Shown here in pieces: positions 1 to 10,093 of a DNA stretch of 64,000 nucleotides. Below the pieces are notes generated by a model. It saw only the letters and a program-made list of their open reading frames with translations. It had not been told where the DNA came from and searched no databases. This DNA is from an uncultured Solirubrobacterales bacterium (GTDB taxonomy: Bacteria; Actinomycetota; Thermoleophilia; Solirubrobacterales; JBBDJG01), in contig CAWFMD010000005.1 of the NCBI GenBank assembly GCA_963816975.1, positions 144,518-208,517 on the forward strand, given 5' to 3'. Every line of letters begins with the position of its first letter. Position 1 is the first letter of the stretch. The position numbers and the translations under genes are program-made.

Positions 1-1977
1 GTGGCGCGTGTGGAGGAGCTGCACGCGGCCGGCGCGCGACTGCTGATCACCACTGACTGCGGCATCACCGCTTGTGCCGAGACCGACCGCGCCCGCGAGC
101 TGGGAATGGACATGGTGGTGACCGACCACCATCGCCCGGGCGAGGCGCTGCCCGCGTGCCCGATCGTGCATCCGTCGGTCTGCGCGTACCCGGCCGAGTT
201 GTGCGCGACCGGCGTCGCCTACAAGTTCGCGCAGGCGCTGTACCGGGCGGCGGGCCGCGACCTCGCGGAGCTGGAGTCGCAGCTCGACCTGGTCGCGCTC
301 GCCACGGTCGCCGACCTCGTGCCGCTCGTCGGCGAGAATCGTGCGCTCGTCAAGCAGGGCCTGCGCGCGATCGCCGGCACTTCGCGGCCGGGTCTGCGCG
401 CGCTGCTGCGCGTCACCGCCGTCGATCCGCAGAGCGTCACGGAGCAGACGCTGGGCTTCGCCCTGGCACCCCGCATCAACGCCGCGGGGCGCCTCTACCG
501 CGCCGACGCCGCGCTGGAGCTGATGCTGACGCCCGACGAGGACCGCGCGCTCGAGATCGCGCGCGAGCTCGATGCGATCAACACCGAGCGCCGGTCGGTG
601 GAGACCGCGATCCTGTTCGAGGCGGAGCGGCTGCTGTCCGAGCGGGGAGCCACGGGGTCCGGCGGTGCGCCCGATCCGCTGTACGTGCTCGCGCACCCGG
701 ACTGGCACGCGGGCGTGATCGGGATCGTCGCCTCGCGACTCGTGGACCGCTATCACCGGCCCTTCGTGCTGGTCGCGATGTCGCCGTCCGGGGAGGGGCG
801 TGGATCGGGACGCAGCATCAGGCCGTACGACCTGCACGCCGGTCTGGCCGCCAGCGCAGACCATCTCGAGGGATTCGGCGGTCACCGGATGGCCGCCGGG
901 CTCCAGGTCAGGTCCGAATGCCTGGACGCCTTCCGCGCGGCACTCGTGGGCCATGCCGGCAGCTGCCTGACCCCCGCGGACCTGACCAGGGTCGAGCACG
1001 TCGACGCGGTTGTCCCCGGCGACGCGCTCGGGCTCGAGCTGGCCGAGGAGCTGCAGGCTCTGCGGCCCTTCGGCATGGGCAACCCCGCGGTGAACGTGCT
1101 GGTTCCCGCCGCGAAGGTCTCCGACGTGCGCCCGATGGGCGGCGGTCGCCATGTGCGCTTCACCGTCACCTCCGGTGGGTTGCGATCGCGGGCGGTCGGC
1201 TTCGGCATCGCGCCCGGTAGCGGCGCGCTCGCCGGCAGCGACGTGCGCCATGACCTCGCCGCGCGCATCGAGGCGAACGAGTGGCAGGGTGCGGTCGAGC
1301 CACGGCTGGTGGTGCGCTCGCTGCACCCCCTGGAGGACAAGCAGGACCGTGACGGTGCCGCCGGATGCGCATCGTGCACGTGCCGCATGGACGACGCCGA
1401 GTGGTGGGACGCGGTCTTTGCGAACTACAGTGAACCGCCGCCCGCCGACGGCGACCGGCCGACGGCGCACGGCGCACGGCGCACGGCGGTCGACCGCCGC
1501 GGCGAAGGGTCCCTCGGCCTGCTCGGCGACCTGCTCACGACCGGCGAATCGGTGCTCGTGGTCTGCGCCGATGTCTCGCGCCGCGCCGCCGTGCTGGATC
1601 GCGACCTCGACGCGACGCGCTTCGCGCGCCGGCCCTGGGCCAAACTGTCGGCCCACTGCTGCGCGAGCGCGGCCGGGGGCGCGAGTGACCTCATGCTGGC
1701 GGACCACGCCGGGCTTGCGGCGAATCCGGAAGTCGCGGTGCCCTTTGCGCACGTGTTCGCGCTCGATCCCCCGGCCTCGGCATCTGCGGATGCGCTGCTC
1801 CGCAACAGCGGCCGCGGATTCCTGCACCTGGGATGGGGGCCCGCCGAGGTCGAGTTCGCGCACGCCGTCGTGGCCCACCAGTACCAGCTGCGGCCCCACC
1901 TCACCGAGGTGTATCGCGCGCTCGGGTCATTGGAACCGCCCGGATGCCCGATTCCGCGCGCGCACGCTGGACGGTGA
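1..1977 (+). CDS. recJ: single-stranded-DNA-specific exonuclease RecJ (5' end outside window)
   Basis: The ORF is open at the window edge. The translation carries DHH-family motifs (LITTDCG, VVTDHH) and a DHHA1-type GGHRMAAG, followed by a long C-terminal extension. Confidence 0.85.
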   Translation: MARVEELHAAGARLLITTDCGITACAETDRARELGMDMVVTDHHRPGEALPACPIVHPSVCAYPAELCATGVAYKFAQALYRAAGRDLAELESQLDLVALATVADLVPLVGENRALVKQGLRAIAGTSRPGLRALLRVTAVDPQSVTEQTLGFALAPRINAAGRLYRADAALELMLTPDEDRALEIARELDAINTERRSVETAILFEAERLLSERGATGSGGAPDPLYVLAHPDWHAGVIGIVASRLVDRYHRPFVLVAMSPSGEGRGSGRSIRPYDLHAGLAASADHLEGFGGHRMAAGLQVRSECLDAFRAALVGHAGSCLTPADLTRVEHVDAVVPGDALGLELAEELQALRPFGMGNPAVNVLVPAAKVSDVRPMGGGRHVRFTVTSGGLRSRAVGFGIAPGSGALAGSDVRHDLAARIEANEWQGAVEPRLVVRSLHPLEDKQDRDGAAGCASCTCRMDDAEWWDAVFANYSEPPPADGDRPTAHGARRTAVDRRGEGSLGLLGDLLTTGESVLVVCADVSRRAAVLDRDLDATRFARRPWAKLSAHCCASAAGGASDLMLADHAGLAANPEVAVPFAHVFALDPPASASADALLRNSGRGFLHLGWGPAEVEFAHAVVAHQYQLRPHLTEVYRALGSLEPPGCPIPRAHAGR

Positions 1978-2331
1978 AGGGCGCCATCCGCGTGGCGCCG
2001 CGCTGGCCGGTCGCTGCATGCGGGTCCTGGCAGAGCTTGATCTCGCGAGATTCCAGCGCTCAAGCAGTACCGTTAGCTGCACGATCATCAACGGAAAGCG
2101 GGTCGATCTGGAGCGTTCGGAGACGTTTCGGGCCTGCTCATCCGCGGGTGAAGGAAGACTTCGATACCTGAGCAGCCTGACACCGAGAGCACCGAGCGTG
2201 AGAGCCGCGTAGACGGCAACGGCGGCGCGCGCTCCGGCGAGCCGATCCGCGACGCCGGCGGCGCTCCGAGCGCGCTGCCGCCGGACGCCCACATCCGCGT
2301 CGGAGTTCGCGACCGTCCCTCCGCGGCGAAG

Positions 2332-4626
2332 GTGGCCGCGGGCGTCGGCCTCGACCTCCTTCCACACGAGCAGGAACTGCTGGCGGATCTGTGCGCGGTC
2401 ATCTCCGAGCATTCCGACGACGCGGTTCGCCCCGTCGACGTCGAGCGCGTCGGGCGGGCGTGCGCATTCGCCTGCGAGCGCCACGCGGACCAGCGCCGCA
2501 AGTCGGGTGCGCCGTTCATCACCCATCCGGTTGGCGTCGCGAAGATCTGCGCAGGGATGCGCCTCGACACCGAGACGATCTGCGCGGCCCTGCTGCACGA
2601 CACGGTCGAGGACACGTCCGCCTCGCTCGACGACGTGCGCGAGCACTTCGGCGACGACGTCGCCCAACTCGTGGACGGGGTCACGAAGCTGACCGGCATC
2701 ACGTTCCAGAGCCGCGACGAGCAACAGGCGGAGAACTACCGGAAGATGATGGTGGCGATGGCCACCGACATCAGGGTGATCCTGATCAAGCTGGCCGACC
2801 GCCTGCACAACATGCGGACGCTGGACGCGCTCGCGAAGCAGAAGCAGATCGACAAGGCGAAGGAGACGCTCGACATCTTCGCCCCGTTAGCGCACCGCCT
2901 CGGCATCCACTCCATCAAGTGGGAGCTGGAGGATCTCGCGTTCTCGTCCCTGCACCCGCGCAAGTACAGCGAGATCAAGTCGCTGGTCAACCAGCAGCGC
3001 GAGGAGCGCGAGGGCTACGTCGAGCGCGCCGGCGGGTACCTCACGCAGGAGCTGGAGGCGGTCGGCATCAAGGCAGAGGTTTCCGGACGCGCGAAGCACT
3101 TCTACTCCATCTATTCCAAGATGACCAAGAAGGGCCGCGAGTTCAACGAGATCTACGACCTCACCGCGATGCGCGTGATCGTCGACTCGGTGAAGGACTG
3201 CTACGGGGCGATCGGGATCATCCACTCGCTGTGGAAGCCGCTCCCCGGCCGCTTCAAGGACTACGTCGCGATGCCCAAGTTCAACCTCTATCAGGCATTG
3301 CACACGACCGTGATTGGCCCCGAGGGACGTCCGCTGGAGATCCAGATCCGGACGCGCAAGATGCACTACACGGCCGAGTTCGGCGTTGCGGCGCACTGGA
3401 TCTATAAGGACGGTTCGTCTGTAAGCAGACGAACCGGAAGGAAGAAGGACGGGCGCCCCGACGAGGTGAACGGTGACTCGGCCGACGCCACGGAGACCGG
3501 CGCCGCGAAGCCCGCGTGGCTGCGTCATCTGCTCGACTGGCAGCAGGAGCTCCAGGACCCGAAGGAGTTCATGGAGACCCTCAAGATCGACCTCTTCGAG
3601 GACGAGGTGTTCGTGTTCACGCCGAAGGGCGAGGTCAAGTCGTTGGCAGCGGGCTCGACGCCGCTCGACTTCGCCTACGCGGTGCACACCGACGTCGGCC
3701 ACCGCTGCGTGGGCGCGAAGGTGAACGGCAAGATCACGCCGCTCCACTACCGCCTCGAGTCGGGCGACATCGTCGAGATCCTCACCTCCAAACAGGACCG
3801 CGGGCCGTCGCGCGACTGGCTGTCGCTGGTGCGCACGACCCGCGCGCGCAACAAGATCCGTGCCTGGTTCACGAAGGAGCGCCGCGAGGACGCCGAGCAC
3901 CGGGGCCGCGAGCTGCTCCAGGACACGCTGCGCAAGCAGGGCCTGCCGGCGCAGAAGATCACCGGATCGCCGCTGCTCGCCGACGTGATCCGCGAGATGG
4001 GCTTTCGCAAGGCCGACGACTTCTACATCGCCCTGGGCCAGGCAAAGGTGTCGGCTCGCGTGGTCGTCAACAAGGTGCTGCAGCGTCTCAAGCAGGGCGA
4101 GGCGGCGGTCCAGGAGCAACCCGGCGAAGGCCTCGTGCGCGGCAAGGAGGAGCGCGCCCGCCCGGAGGGGACGGCATCGCGCTACGGCATCCGCGTGGAG
4201 GGCATCGACGACGTCATGGTGCGCCTCGCGAAGTGCTGCCGCCCGGTCCCGGGCGACGAGATCGTGGGCTACATCTCACTGGGCCGCGGCATCACGATCC
4301 ACCGCGAGGACTGCAAGAACGTCGCGAACCTGAGAAAGCAGAAGGAACGCTTCACCGACGTGCTCTGGGACGGAGACAACGAGACCGGGTTCCGCGTGGA
4401 GCTGCAGGTCGACGGGTGGGATCGCACGCGCCTGCTGGAGGACCTGTCGCGGACTTTCGCCGAGGCGGGCATCAACATCCTCGAAGCGCGCTGCACGGTC
4501 GACCACCCGATGGTGAAGAACCGCTTCGTCGTCGAGGTCTCCGATACGGTCACGCTGAAGAACTGCATCAGCCGTTTGAGAAACGTCGACTCGGTGTTCG
4601 ACGCCTACCGAGTCACGCCCGGCTAG
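2332..4626 (+). CDS. rel: bifunctional (p)ppGpp synthetase/hydrolase (RelA/SpoT homolog)
   Basis: 764-aa ORF with an HD hydrolase region (FITHPVGVA, LLHDTVEDT), a synthetase region (FYSIYSKM, YDLTAMRVIV), a TGS-like region (VFVFTPKGEV) and an ACT-like C-terminus. Confidence 0.95.
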   Translation: MAAGVGLDLLPHEQELLADLCAVISEHSDDAVRPVDVERVGRACAFACERHADQRRKSGAPFITHPVGVAKICAGMRLDTETICAALLHDTVEDTSASLDDVREHFGDDVAQLVDGVTKLTGITFQSRDEQQAENYRKMMVAMATDIRVILIKLADRLHNMRTLDALAKQKQIDKAKETLDIFAPLAHRLGIHSIKWELEDLAFSSLHPRKYSEIKSLVNQQREEREGYVERAGGYLTQELEAVGIKAEVSGRAKHFYSIYSKMTKKGREFNEIYDLTAMRVIVDSVKDCYGAIGIIHSLWKPLPGRFKDYVAMPKFNLYQALHTTVIGPEGRPLEIQIRTRKMHYTAEFGVAAHWIYKDGSSVSRRTGRKKDGRPDEVNGDSADATETGAAKPAWLRHLLDWQQELQDPKEFMETLKIDLFEDEVFVFTPKGEVKSLAAGSTPLDFAYAVHTDVGHRCVGAKVNGKITPLHYRLESGDIVEILTSKQDRGPSRDWLSLVRTTRARNKIRAWFTKERREDAEHRGRELLQDTLRKQGLPAQKITGSPLLADVIREMGFRKADDFYIALGQAKVSARVVVNKVLQRLKQGEAAVQEQPGEGLVRGKEERARPEGTASRYGIRVEGIDDVMVRLAKCCRPVPGDEIVGYISLGRGITIHREDCKNVANLRKQKERFTDVLWDGDNETGFRVELQVDGWDRTRLLEDLSRTFAEAGINILEARCTVDHPMVKNRFVVEVSDTVTLKNCISRLRNVDSVFDAYRVTPG

Positions 4627-4629
4627 CGG

Positions 4630-5649
4630 TTAGGCGATCACCAGCAGCGAGCCCGGCGCCGCGTCGTAGACGGCTTCGGGGCTCTCGCCGATGTAATCGC
4701 CGTCGACTTCCAGCGGCAGTGCCCTGCCGTCGAGCGAGCGGATCGTGGCATGCTGGATGCGGGGAAAGCTCGAGGCTTGGCGGTGGTGCGCGAGCCTTCC
4801 CGTGCGCGCGAACAACCGGTAGAGGATTCCCGGGGTGTCCAGGGCGAAGGACGCGCGCCGCATGACCGTCAGCGAGATCGTGCCGTCGTCCATGGCGATG
4901 TCCTCGCATACGCGCAGCGGAGTCGAACGGAAGAAGGTGTACGGATCGGAGTTCTGGACGATCGCGCTCAGCCCGGCAACCCGGAACGCGGTGTCTCCGG
5001 CGCCTGCTCCCGATGACCCGGCTTCGACCTCCAAGATCGGCGGCTGCCCGCGATAGTCGCGGAAGTAGCTGCGCAGCGCCGCATACGTGAACGTCGCGTC
5101 GCCGCCGCGCGCCTTCAGGCGCGGATGGGCGTCCACCCAGCGCGTCACGTCGGCGTCGATCCCGACGCCGCTGGAAAAGATGAAGTGGCGTCCGTTGACC
5201 CGGCCCATGTCGATCCGCCGGGGCTGGAGCTCGTCGGCGAGCTGCAGCAGGTGCTCGGTGGCGTCCACGACGTCGGTCGGGATGCCGATCATCCGGCACA
5301 CGACGTTCGTGGAGCCGCCGGGCAGCACGGACAGCGGCACGTTGGAGCCGGCCAGCCCGTTGGCCGCCTCGTTGAGGGTTCCGTCGCCGCCGAAGGAGAC
5401 GACCAGGTCGAATCCCTCGCCCACGGCCTGCCGGGTCAGCTCGGTCGCATGGTTGGGGCGCTGGGTCTCGACCGCCTCGATGTCGTAGCGGCCGCGGAGG
5501 GCGTACACGACGAGGTTCTTGAGCCGGCCCGACACGGTCGTCGCGAACGGGTTCACGATCAGCAGCATCCGCGGCTTGGTCCCCGCAGGGATCTCGCGCG
5601 GTTCCGCGTCGGCGATGCCGGGGGGCTCGGTGATCGTGGGTTGCATCAC
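4630..5649 (-). CDS. diacylglycerol kinase-family lipid kinase
   Basis: 339-aa ORF with the DAGK catalytic-domain signature VVSFGGDGTLNEAANGL. It is convergent with rel. Confidence 0.85.
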   Translation of the reverse strand: MMQPTITEPPGIADAEPREIPAGTKPRMLLIVNPFATTVSGRLKNLVVYALRGRYDIEAVETQRPNHATELTRQAVGEGFDLVVSFGGDGTLNEAANGLAGSNVPLSVLPGGSTNVVCRMIGIPTDVVDATEHLLQLADELQPRRIDMGRVNGRHFIFSSGVGIDADVTRWVDAHPRLKARGGDATFTYAALRSYFRDYRGQPPILEVEAGSSGAGAGDTAFRVAGLSAIVQNSDPYTFFRSTPLRVCEDIAMDDGTISLTVMRRASFALDTPGILYRLFARTGRLAHHRQASSFPRIQHATIRSLDGRALPLEVDGDYIGESPEAVYDAAPGSLLVIA

Positions 5650-5703
5650 TGGACCATCACTGTCTACAAGTACCCGGAACGGGCGGGGAAAGATACCTGT
5701 CGC

Positions 5704-6726
5704 TCAAGTCGCCTCGAAATGCGCGATGCCGCCCTGCTCCACCTCGCGCACCCGGCCCTCGTTCAGCAGCAGGTCCACGTGGCCCAGCACCTCGGACAGC
5801 GTCAGGTAGGCCTGCGTGACGGCGATGTCGCCGAAGATCGCCTGGGTGAGGTCGTACCCGGTGCGCGGCCGCTCGATGATCAGGTCGTGGATCTTGTCCG
5901 CGCGGCGGCGGTGGAACTCGAACCGCTCGTCGATCAGCGCCACGTGATCCGTGATGGGCTCGCCGTGGCCCGAGAGCACGATCTCGGCAGGCAGCTCCCG
6001 CGTCCGGCGCAGCGACTCGAGGTATGTGACGAGTGCCTGTGGGCGCCGCGCGGGGTCGGTGGCCTCGCGGTCGTCCAGGGGCCGGCTGATCAGGGGGTTG
6101 GACGAGATGTGCTTGATCAGGTGGTCCGCCGCGACCAGGATCCGGCGCTGCTCGTCCCAGAAGACCGTGTCGGACGGGGAGTGGCCGGGCCGGTGCAGGA
6201 CCTCGAGCGTGCGGTCGCGCAGCGTGAGCCGCTCGCCGTCGCGCAGCGGGCGCGTGACCTTCGCCTTCGAGCCCCACGCGCGAAACGCCGAAGACACCGT
6301 CTGGAGCGCGCGCACGATCTCGTCCGGGATGCCGTTGCGGCGCATCACCCCCCCGGCGAACTGATCGTCGCGGGCGGCGTCCTCGCCGTAGTGCTCGACG
6401 AAGTGGGCGAGCTTGTCGATCGCGGCGACTTCCGCCCCCGAGTGGGAAACGATGATGTCGACGAGGCCGAGGTGGTCGATGTGCTGGTGGGTCAGCACGA
6501 CCAGCTCGATGTCCTCCAGCGAGCGACCGTGCTCGGCCAGCTGGTGCTGCAGCTCATCAAGTGCGCGGCCCGAGTTTGGACCCGAGTCGACCAGGGTGAG
6601 CGGGTCGTCGTCGATCAGGTATGTGTTGACCCGGCCCACCGCGAACGGGGTCGGGATCCGCAGCAGATGGATGCCGGCGGCCGCTGCCCGGGCGAGGGCG
6701 GCCTCGGCGGTGAGCGGCTCGGTCAA
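5704..6726 (-). CDS. MBL-fold metallo-hydrolase
   Basis: 340-aa ORF with the HxHxDH motif (LTHQHIDHLG) and later His/Asp ligands (GHSPSD, SGHG). Confidence 0.8.
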   Translation of the reverse strand: MTEPLTAEAALARAAAAGIHLLRIPTPFAVGRVNTYLIDDDPLTLVDSGPNSGRALDELQHQLAEHGRSLEDIELVVLTHQHIDHLGLVDIIVSHSGAEVAAIDKLAHFVEHYGEDAARDDQFAGGVMRRNGIPDEIVRALQTVSSAFRAWGSKAKVTRPLRDGERLTLRDRTLEVLHRPGHSPSDTVFWDEQRRILVAADHLIKHISSNPLISRPLDDREATDPARRPQALVTYLESLRRTRELPAEIVLSGHGEPITDHVALIDERFEFHRRRADKIHDLIIERPRTGYDLTQAIFGDIAVTQAYLTLSEVLGHVDLLLNEGRVREVEQGGIAHFEAT

Positions 6727-6730
6727 GTAC

Positions 6731-8101
6731 TCATGAGCGGATCTGCGCCAGCACCTCGGCGGTGTGGGCGTCCAGCTCCTCCTTGCTGAAGGCCTCGAGG
6801 TTCAGGCGGAGCAGCGGCTCCGTGTTCGAGGGCCGCACGTTGAAGTGCCAGCTGCCGCAGTCCACCGAAACGCCGTCGAGCCAGGTCACCTCGTGGTCGG
6901 AGTAGCGGGCGGCGATCTCCTGAATCTTCTTCTCGGGGTCGCCGACCGTCGAGTTGATCTCGCCGGAGATGAAGTACTTCTCGCGAAGGGGGCGCAGCAG
7001 CTCCGACATGGTCTTGCCGCGCACGGATAGCAGCTCCATCACGAGCAGCGCCGGGATCACCCCGGAGTCCGCGCACCAGAAATCGCGGAAGTAGTAGTGG
7101 CCCGAGACCTCGCCGCCGAAGGCGGCGTCCTGCTCCCGCATGCGGGCCTTGAAGAATGCGTGGCCGACGCGGTTCACCACCGCGTGCCCGCCCAGATGCT
7201 CGACCGTATCGGGCACCGCCCGGCTGGCGCGCACGTCGTAGATGATCGTGGCGCCCGGCTCCTTGGCGAGGATCGCCTCGGCCAGCAGTGCGGTGAGGAA
7301 GTCGCCCGGCACGAACTCGCCGAGGTCGTCGATGAAGAAGCAGCGGTCCGCATCGCCGTCCCATGCGATTCCCAGCTCGGCCTTGCGATCGAGCACCGTG
7401 TCGATGATCAGCCTGCGGTTCTGCTCGAGCAGGGGGTTGGGCTCGTGGCCGGGGAACTCGCCGTCGGGTTCGAAGTAGAGCCGCTCGCCGCGGATCGGGA
7501 AGGAGTCGATCAACGGGCCGATCATGGCGCCGGCCATGCCGTTCCCGCCGTCCAGCACGATCGGCATCGGGCGGATCGCGTCCGGCCGGATGAAGTCGAG
7601 CACGTAGCGGCGGAACTCCTCGTAGACGTCGGCCCGCTCGATCGTGCCGGTGCCGTTCGGCACAGGGAACTCGCCCTCCTCGACGACGCGCTGCACGTCC
7701 GGGATGCCGCGATCGCCCGACAGCGGCAGGGCGCCCTCCCGCACGAGCTTGAAGCCGGCCCACTGCTTGGGGTTGTGGGAGGCGGTCACCGACACGCCGC
7801 CGTCCAACGCTCGCGATCCCACCGTGTAATAGACCATCTCGGTCCCGACCATCCCGATGTCGAGCACGTCGCAGCGCTCGTCGGTCAGACCGCGCGCGAA
7901 GCTCGCGGCCAGGGAGGGGGAGTGGAGGCGCATGTCGTGACCCACAGCCACGCGCAGCGTGCGGTCGCCGGCGTCGCGCAGATCGCGCAGCACGCGCGCG
8001 AACCCGCGGCCGACACGGTAGGCAACGTGCTCGTCGATCTGGTCCGGATAGGTGCCGCGCACGTCATAGGCCTTGAAGATTTCGGCGGAGACCTCGGTCA
8101 C
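6731..8101 (-). CDS. phosphomannomutase/phosphoglucomutase
   Basis: Contains the active-site loop TASHNP and the Mg loop DGDADR. I place the start at GTG 8101, which overlaps the HIT gene stop (GTGA), rather than at the track start 8143, whose first 14 aa look non-native. Confidence 0.9.
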   Translation of the reverse strand: MTEVSAEIFKAYDVRGTYPDQIDEHVAYRVGRGFARVLRDLRDAGDRTLRVAVGHDMRLHSPSLAASFARGLTDERCDVLDIGMVGTEMVYYTVGSRALDGGVSVTASHNPKQWAGFKLVREGALPLSGDRGIPDVQRVVEEGEFPVPNGTGTIERADVYEEFRRYVLDFIRPDAIRPMPIVLDGGNGMAGAMIGPLIDSFPIRGERLYFEPDGEFPGHEPNPLLEQNRRLIIDTVLDRKAELGIAWDGDADRCFFIDDLGEFVPGDFLTALLAEAILAKEPGATIIYDVRASRAVPDTVEHLGGHAVVNRVGHAFFKARMREQDAAFGGEVSGHYYFRDFWCADSGVIPALLVMELLSVRGKTMSELLRPLREKYFISGEINSTVGDPEKKIQEIAARYSDHEVTWLDGVSVDCGSWHFNVRPSNTEPLLRLNLEAFSKEELDAHTAEVLAQIRS

Positions 8102-8595
8102 GCCGCCTCCTGCGCATGGAAGGCGTCGCGCAGCCTGCCCCACGAGTCCGCCAGTACCTCGGGCAGCACGAGCGTGTCGCCCACGACGGGCATGAAGTTC
8201 GTATCACCCTTCCAGCGGGGCACGATGTGCTGGTGCACGTGGCCGGCGAAACCGGCTCCCGCCACCTCCCCGAGGTTCATGCCGACGTTGAACCCCTCCG
8301 GCCCATAGACCTGCTTCACCGCGCCAAGTGAGCGCTGTGTGAGCGACATCAGCTCGGCGGCGGCCTCGCCGTCGAGCTCGCGCAGGTCGGACACGTGGCC
8401 ATAGGGAGCGACCATCAGGTGCCCGGTGGCATAGGGGAAGGCGTTCAGGATCACGTAGCAGCTACTCCCGCGATGGGCGATCAGGGCGCGCTGATCGTCG
8501 CCCATGGCGGGGCGGGTACAGAAGATGCACTCGTCGGGTCTGTCGCCTTTCAGGTACTGCAGCCGCCAGGGAGCCCATAGTCGATGGTTGGCCAA
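8098..8595 (-). CDS. HIT-family nucleotide hydrolase/transferase (Ap4A phosphorylase-like)
   Basis: 165-aa ORF with the histidine triad HVHQHIVPRW followed by GDTNFMP. Confidence 0.85.
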   Translation of the reverse strand: MANHRLWAPWRLQYLKGDRPDECIFCTRPAMGDDQRALIAHRGSSCYVILNAFPYATGHLMVAPYGHVSDLRELDGEAAAELMSLTQRSLGAVKQVYGPEGFNVGMNLGEVAGAGFAGHVHQHIVPRWKGDTNFMPVVGDTLVLPEVLADSWGRLRDAFHAQEAA

Positions 8596-8673
8596 CGGGC
8601 TCGCATCCTACGAGAACGGCCGCGGCTGGCATTCGACCTCGCGGTTTGCTTTAATCCCCGGTCACATAAGCAA

Positions 8674-8838
8674 GCATCCAGAGGGGTGGAGGGACTGGCC
8701 CATTGAAGCCCCGGCAACCATTCCGAGCGCGAGCTCGAGAAACGGTGCCAATTCCAGCAGGCTCCAAGTTAAGGCCTGGGAGATGTGGACGAGAGCTCCT
8801 CGACGGAACCTCTGCCACACCCGGGCAGAGGTTTTTTT
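8674..8838 (+). promoter_or_regulatory. SAM-I (S-box) riboswitch with intrinsic-terminator expression platform
   Basis: The conserved core reads directly as ATCCAGAGGGGTGGAGGGACTGGCCCATTGAAGCCCCGGCAACC...GGTGCCAATTCCAGCAGGC...GCCTGGGAGATG. P3 (CGAGC/GCTCG) and P4 (CAGGC/GCCTG) stems are present, and the aptamer is followed by a terminator. Confidence 0.85.
8809..8838 (+). terminator. rho-independent terminator (riboswitch OFF structure)
   Basis: CCTCTGCC / GGCAGAGG 8-bp stem with a 7-nt loop and a run of 7 T. It lies 16 nt upstream of the ATG at 8855, which is preceded by AAGGAG. Confidence 0.8.
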
Positions 8839-8854
8839 CGTTGAAGGAGACTAG

Positions 8855-10093
8855 ATGCCGGCTGTAGCACTGAAATGCAAAGAGTGTCGGGAGGAGTACG
8901 AGCTCGGGGCGAGCTATGTCTGCGAGCACTGCTTCGGGCCGCTCGAGGTGAGCTACGACTATTCCGGGCTGGATGACCCGGCCGCGCTGCGGCGCAAGAT
9001 CCAGGCGGGGCCGCCGTCGATCTGGCGCTACTGCGACTTCCTGCCGTTCGACCGCCGCCCCCGGACCGGGCTGGACGCCGGCTTCACGCCGCTGATCAGG
9101 TCGGAGCGACTCGCCGAGCGTCTCGGCGTGGGTGAGGTCTGGGTCAAGAACGACGCGGCCAACCCGACGCACTCGTTCAAGGACCGCGTCGTGAACGTGG
9201 CGATCGCCAAGGCCAAGGAGCTGGGTTTCGAGACCGTCGCGTGCGCGTCGACAGGCAACCTCGCGAACGCCGTGGCCGCGCATGCTGCCGCTGCGGGCCT
9301 CGACTCGTACGTCTTCGTGCCGGCCGACCTGGAGGAGCAGAAGATCCTCGCGACCGGCGTTTACGGCACGCGGCTCGTTGCCGTCAAGGGCAACTACGAC
9401 GATGTGAACCGGCTCTGTACCGAGTTGTCGGGCGAGCATCCGTGGGCGTTCGTGAACGTGAACCTGCGGCCCTACTACGCCGAGGGATCGAAGACGCTCG
9501 CGTTCGAGGTCGCGGAGCAGCTCGGCTTCGAGCTTCCGGACCACATCGTGTGCCCGGTGGCCTCGGGGTCGCTGTTCACGAAGATCGCGCGCGGCTTCGA
9601 GGAGTGGCTGGAGCTGGGCATCCTCGAAGGATCCCTGCCCGCCTTCCACGGCGCGCAGGCGGAGGGCTGCAGCCCTGTCGCCCAGGCGTTCGCGGACGGT
9701 CACGAGATCTGCCGGCCGGTGCGGCCCGACACGATCGCCCGCTCGCTTGCAATCGGCAATCCGGCCGACGGCGTTTTCGCGCTCGAGGTGGCGCGGCGCA
9801 CCGGTGGCTCGATCGACTCGGTCACCGACGCGGAGATCGTGGACGGCATCCGCCTGCTGGCCGCAACGACGGGCATCTTCACCGAGACGGCAGGTGGCGT
9901 GACGACCGCGGTGCTGGCCAAGCTCGCCGAGCGCGGCGACCTCGGCCCGTCCGATCGCGTCGTGATCTACAACACGGGCGAGGGTCTGAAGACCCTCGAT
10001 GCCGTGCGCGACGTGGTGTCCACATATGACGTGGAGCCGACTCTCGCCAGCTTCACCGAGACGGTCCCGATCACCGCGGTGGAGCCGGTTTAG
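8855..10093 (+). CDS. threonine synthase-like PLP enzyme with N-terminal Zn ribbon (candidate homocysteine-forming MetM-type enzyme)
   Basis: 412-aa ORF with an N-terminal CKEC...CEHC ribbon and the PLP-lysine motif THSFKDRV of fold-type II enzymes. It is under SAM riboswitch control. Confidence 0.85.
   Translation: MPAVALKCKECREEYELGASYVCEHCFGPLEVSYDYSGLDDPAALRRKIQAGPPSIWRYCDFLPFDRRPRTGLDAGFTPLIRSERLAERLGVGEVWVKNDAANPTHSFKDRVVNVAIAKAKELGFETVACASTGNLANAVAAHAAAAGLDSYVFVPADLEEQKILATGVYGTRLVAVKGNYDDVNRLCTELSGEHPWAFVNVNLRPYYAEGSKTLAFEVAEQLGFELPDHIVCPVASGSLFTKIARGFEEWLELGILEGSLPAFHGAQAEGCSPVAQAFADGHEICRPVRPDTIARSLAIGNPADGVFALEVARRTGGSIDSVTDAEIVDGIRLLAATTGIFTETAGGVTTAVLAKLAERGDLGPSDRVVIYNTGEGLKTLDAVRDVVSTYDVEPTLASFTETVPITAVEPV

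Noticed and set aside
72-1220. Numerous same-strand, out-of-frame Arg/Pro/Ala-rich ORFs, for example 72-1220, 2391-3407, 3516-4865, 17657-18961 and 57006-58514
   Set aside because: They are alternative frames of confirmed genes, with extreme Arg/Pro content and no motifs.
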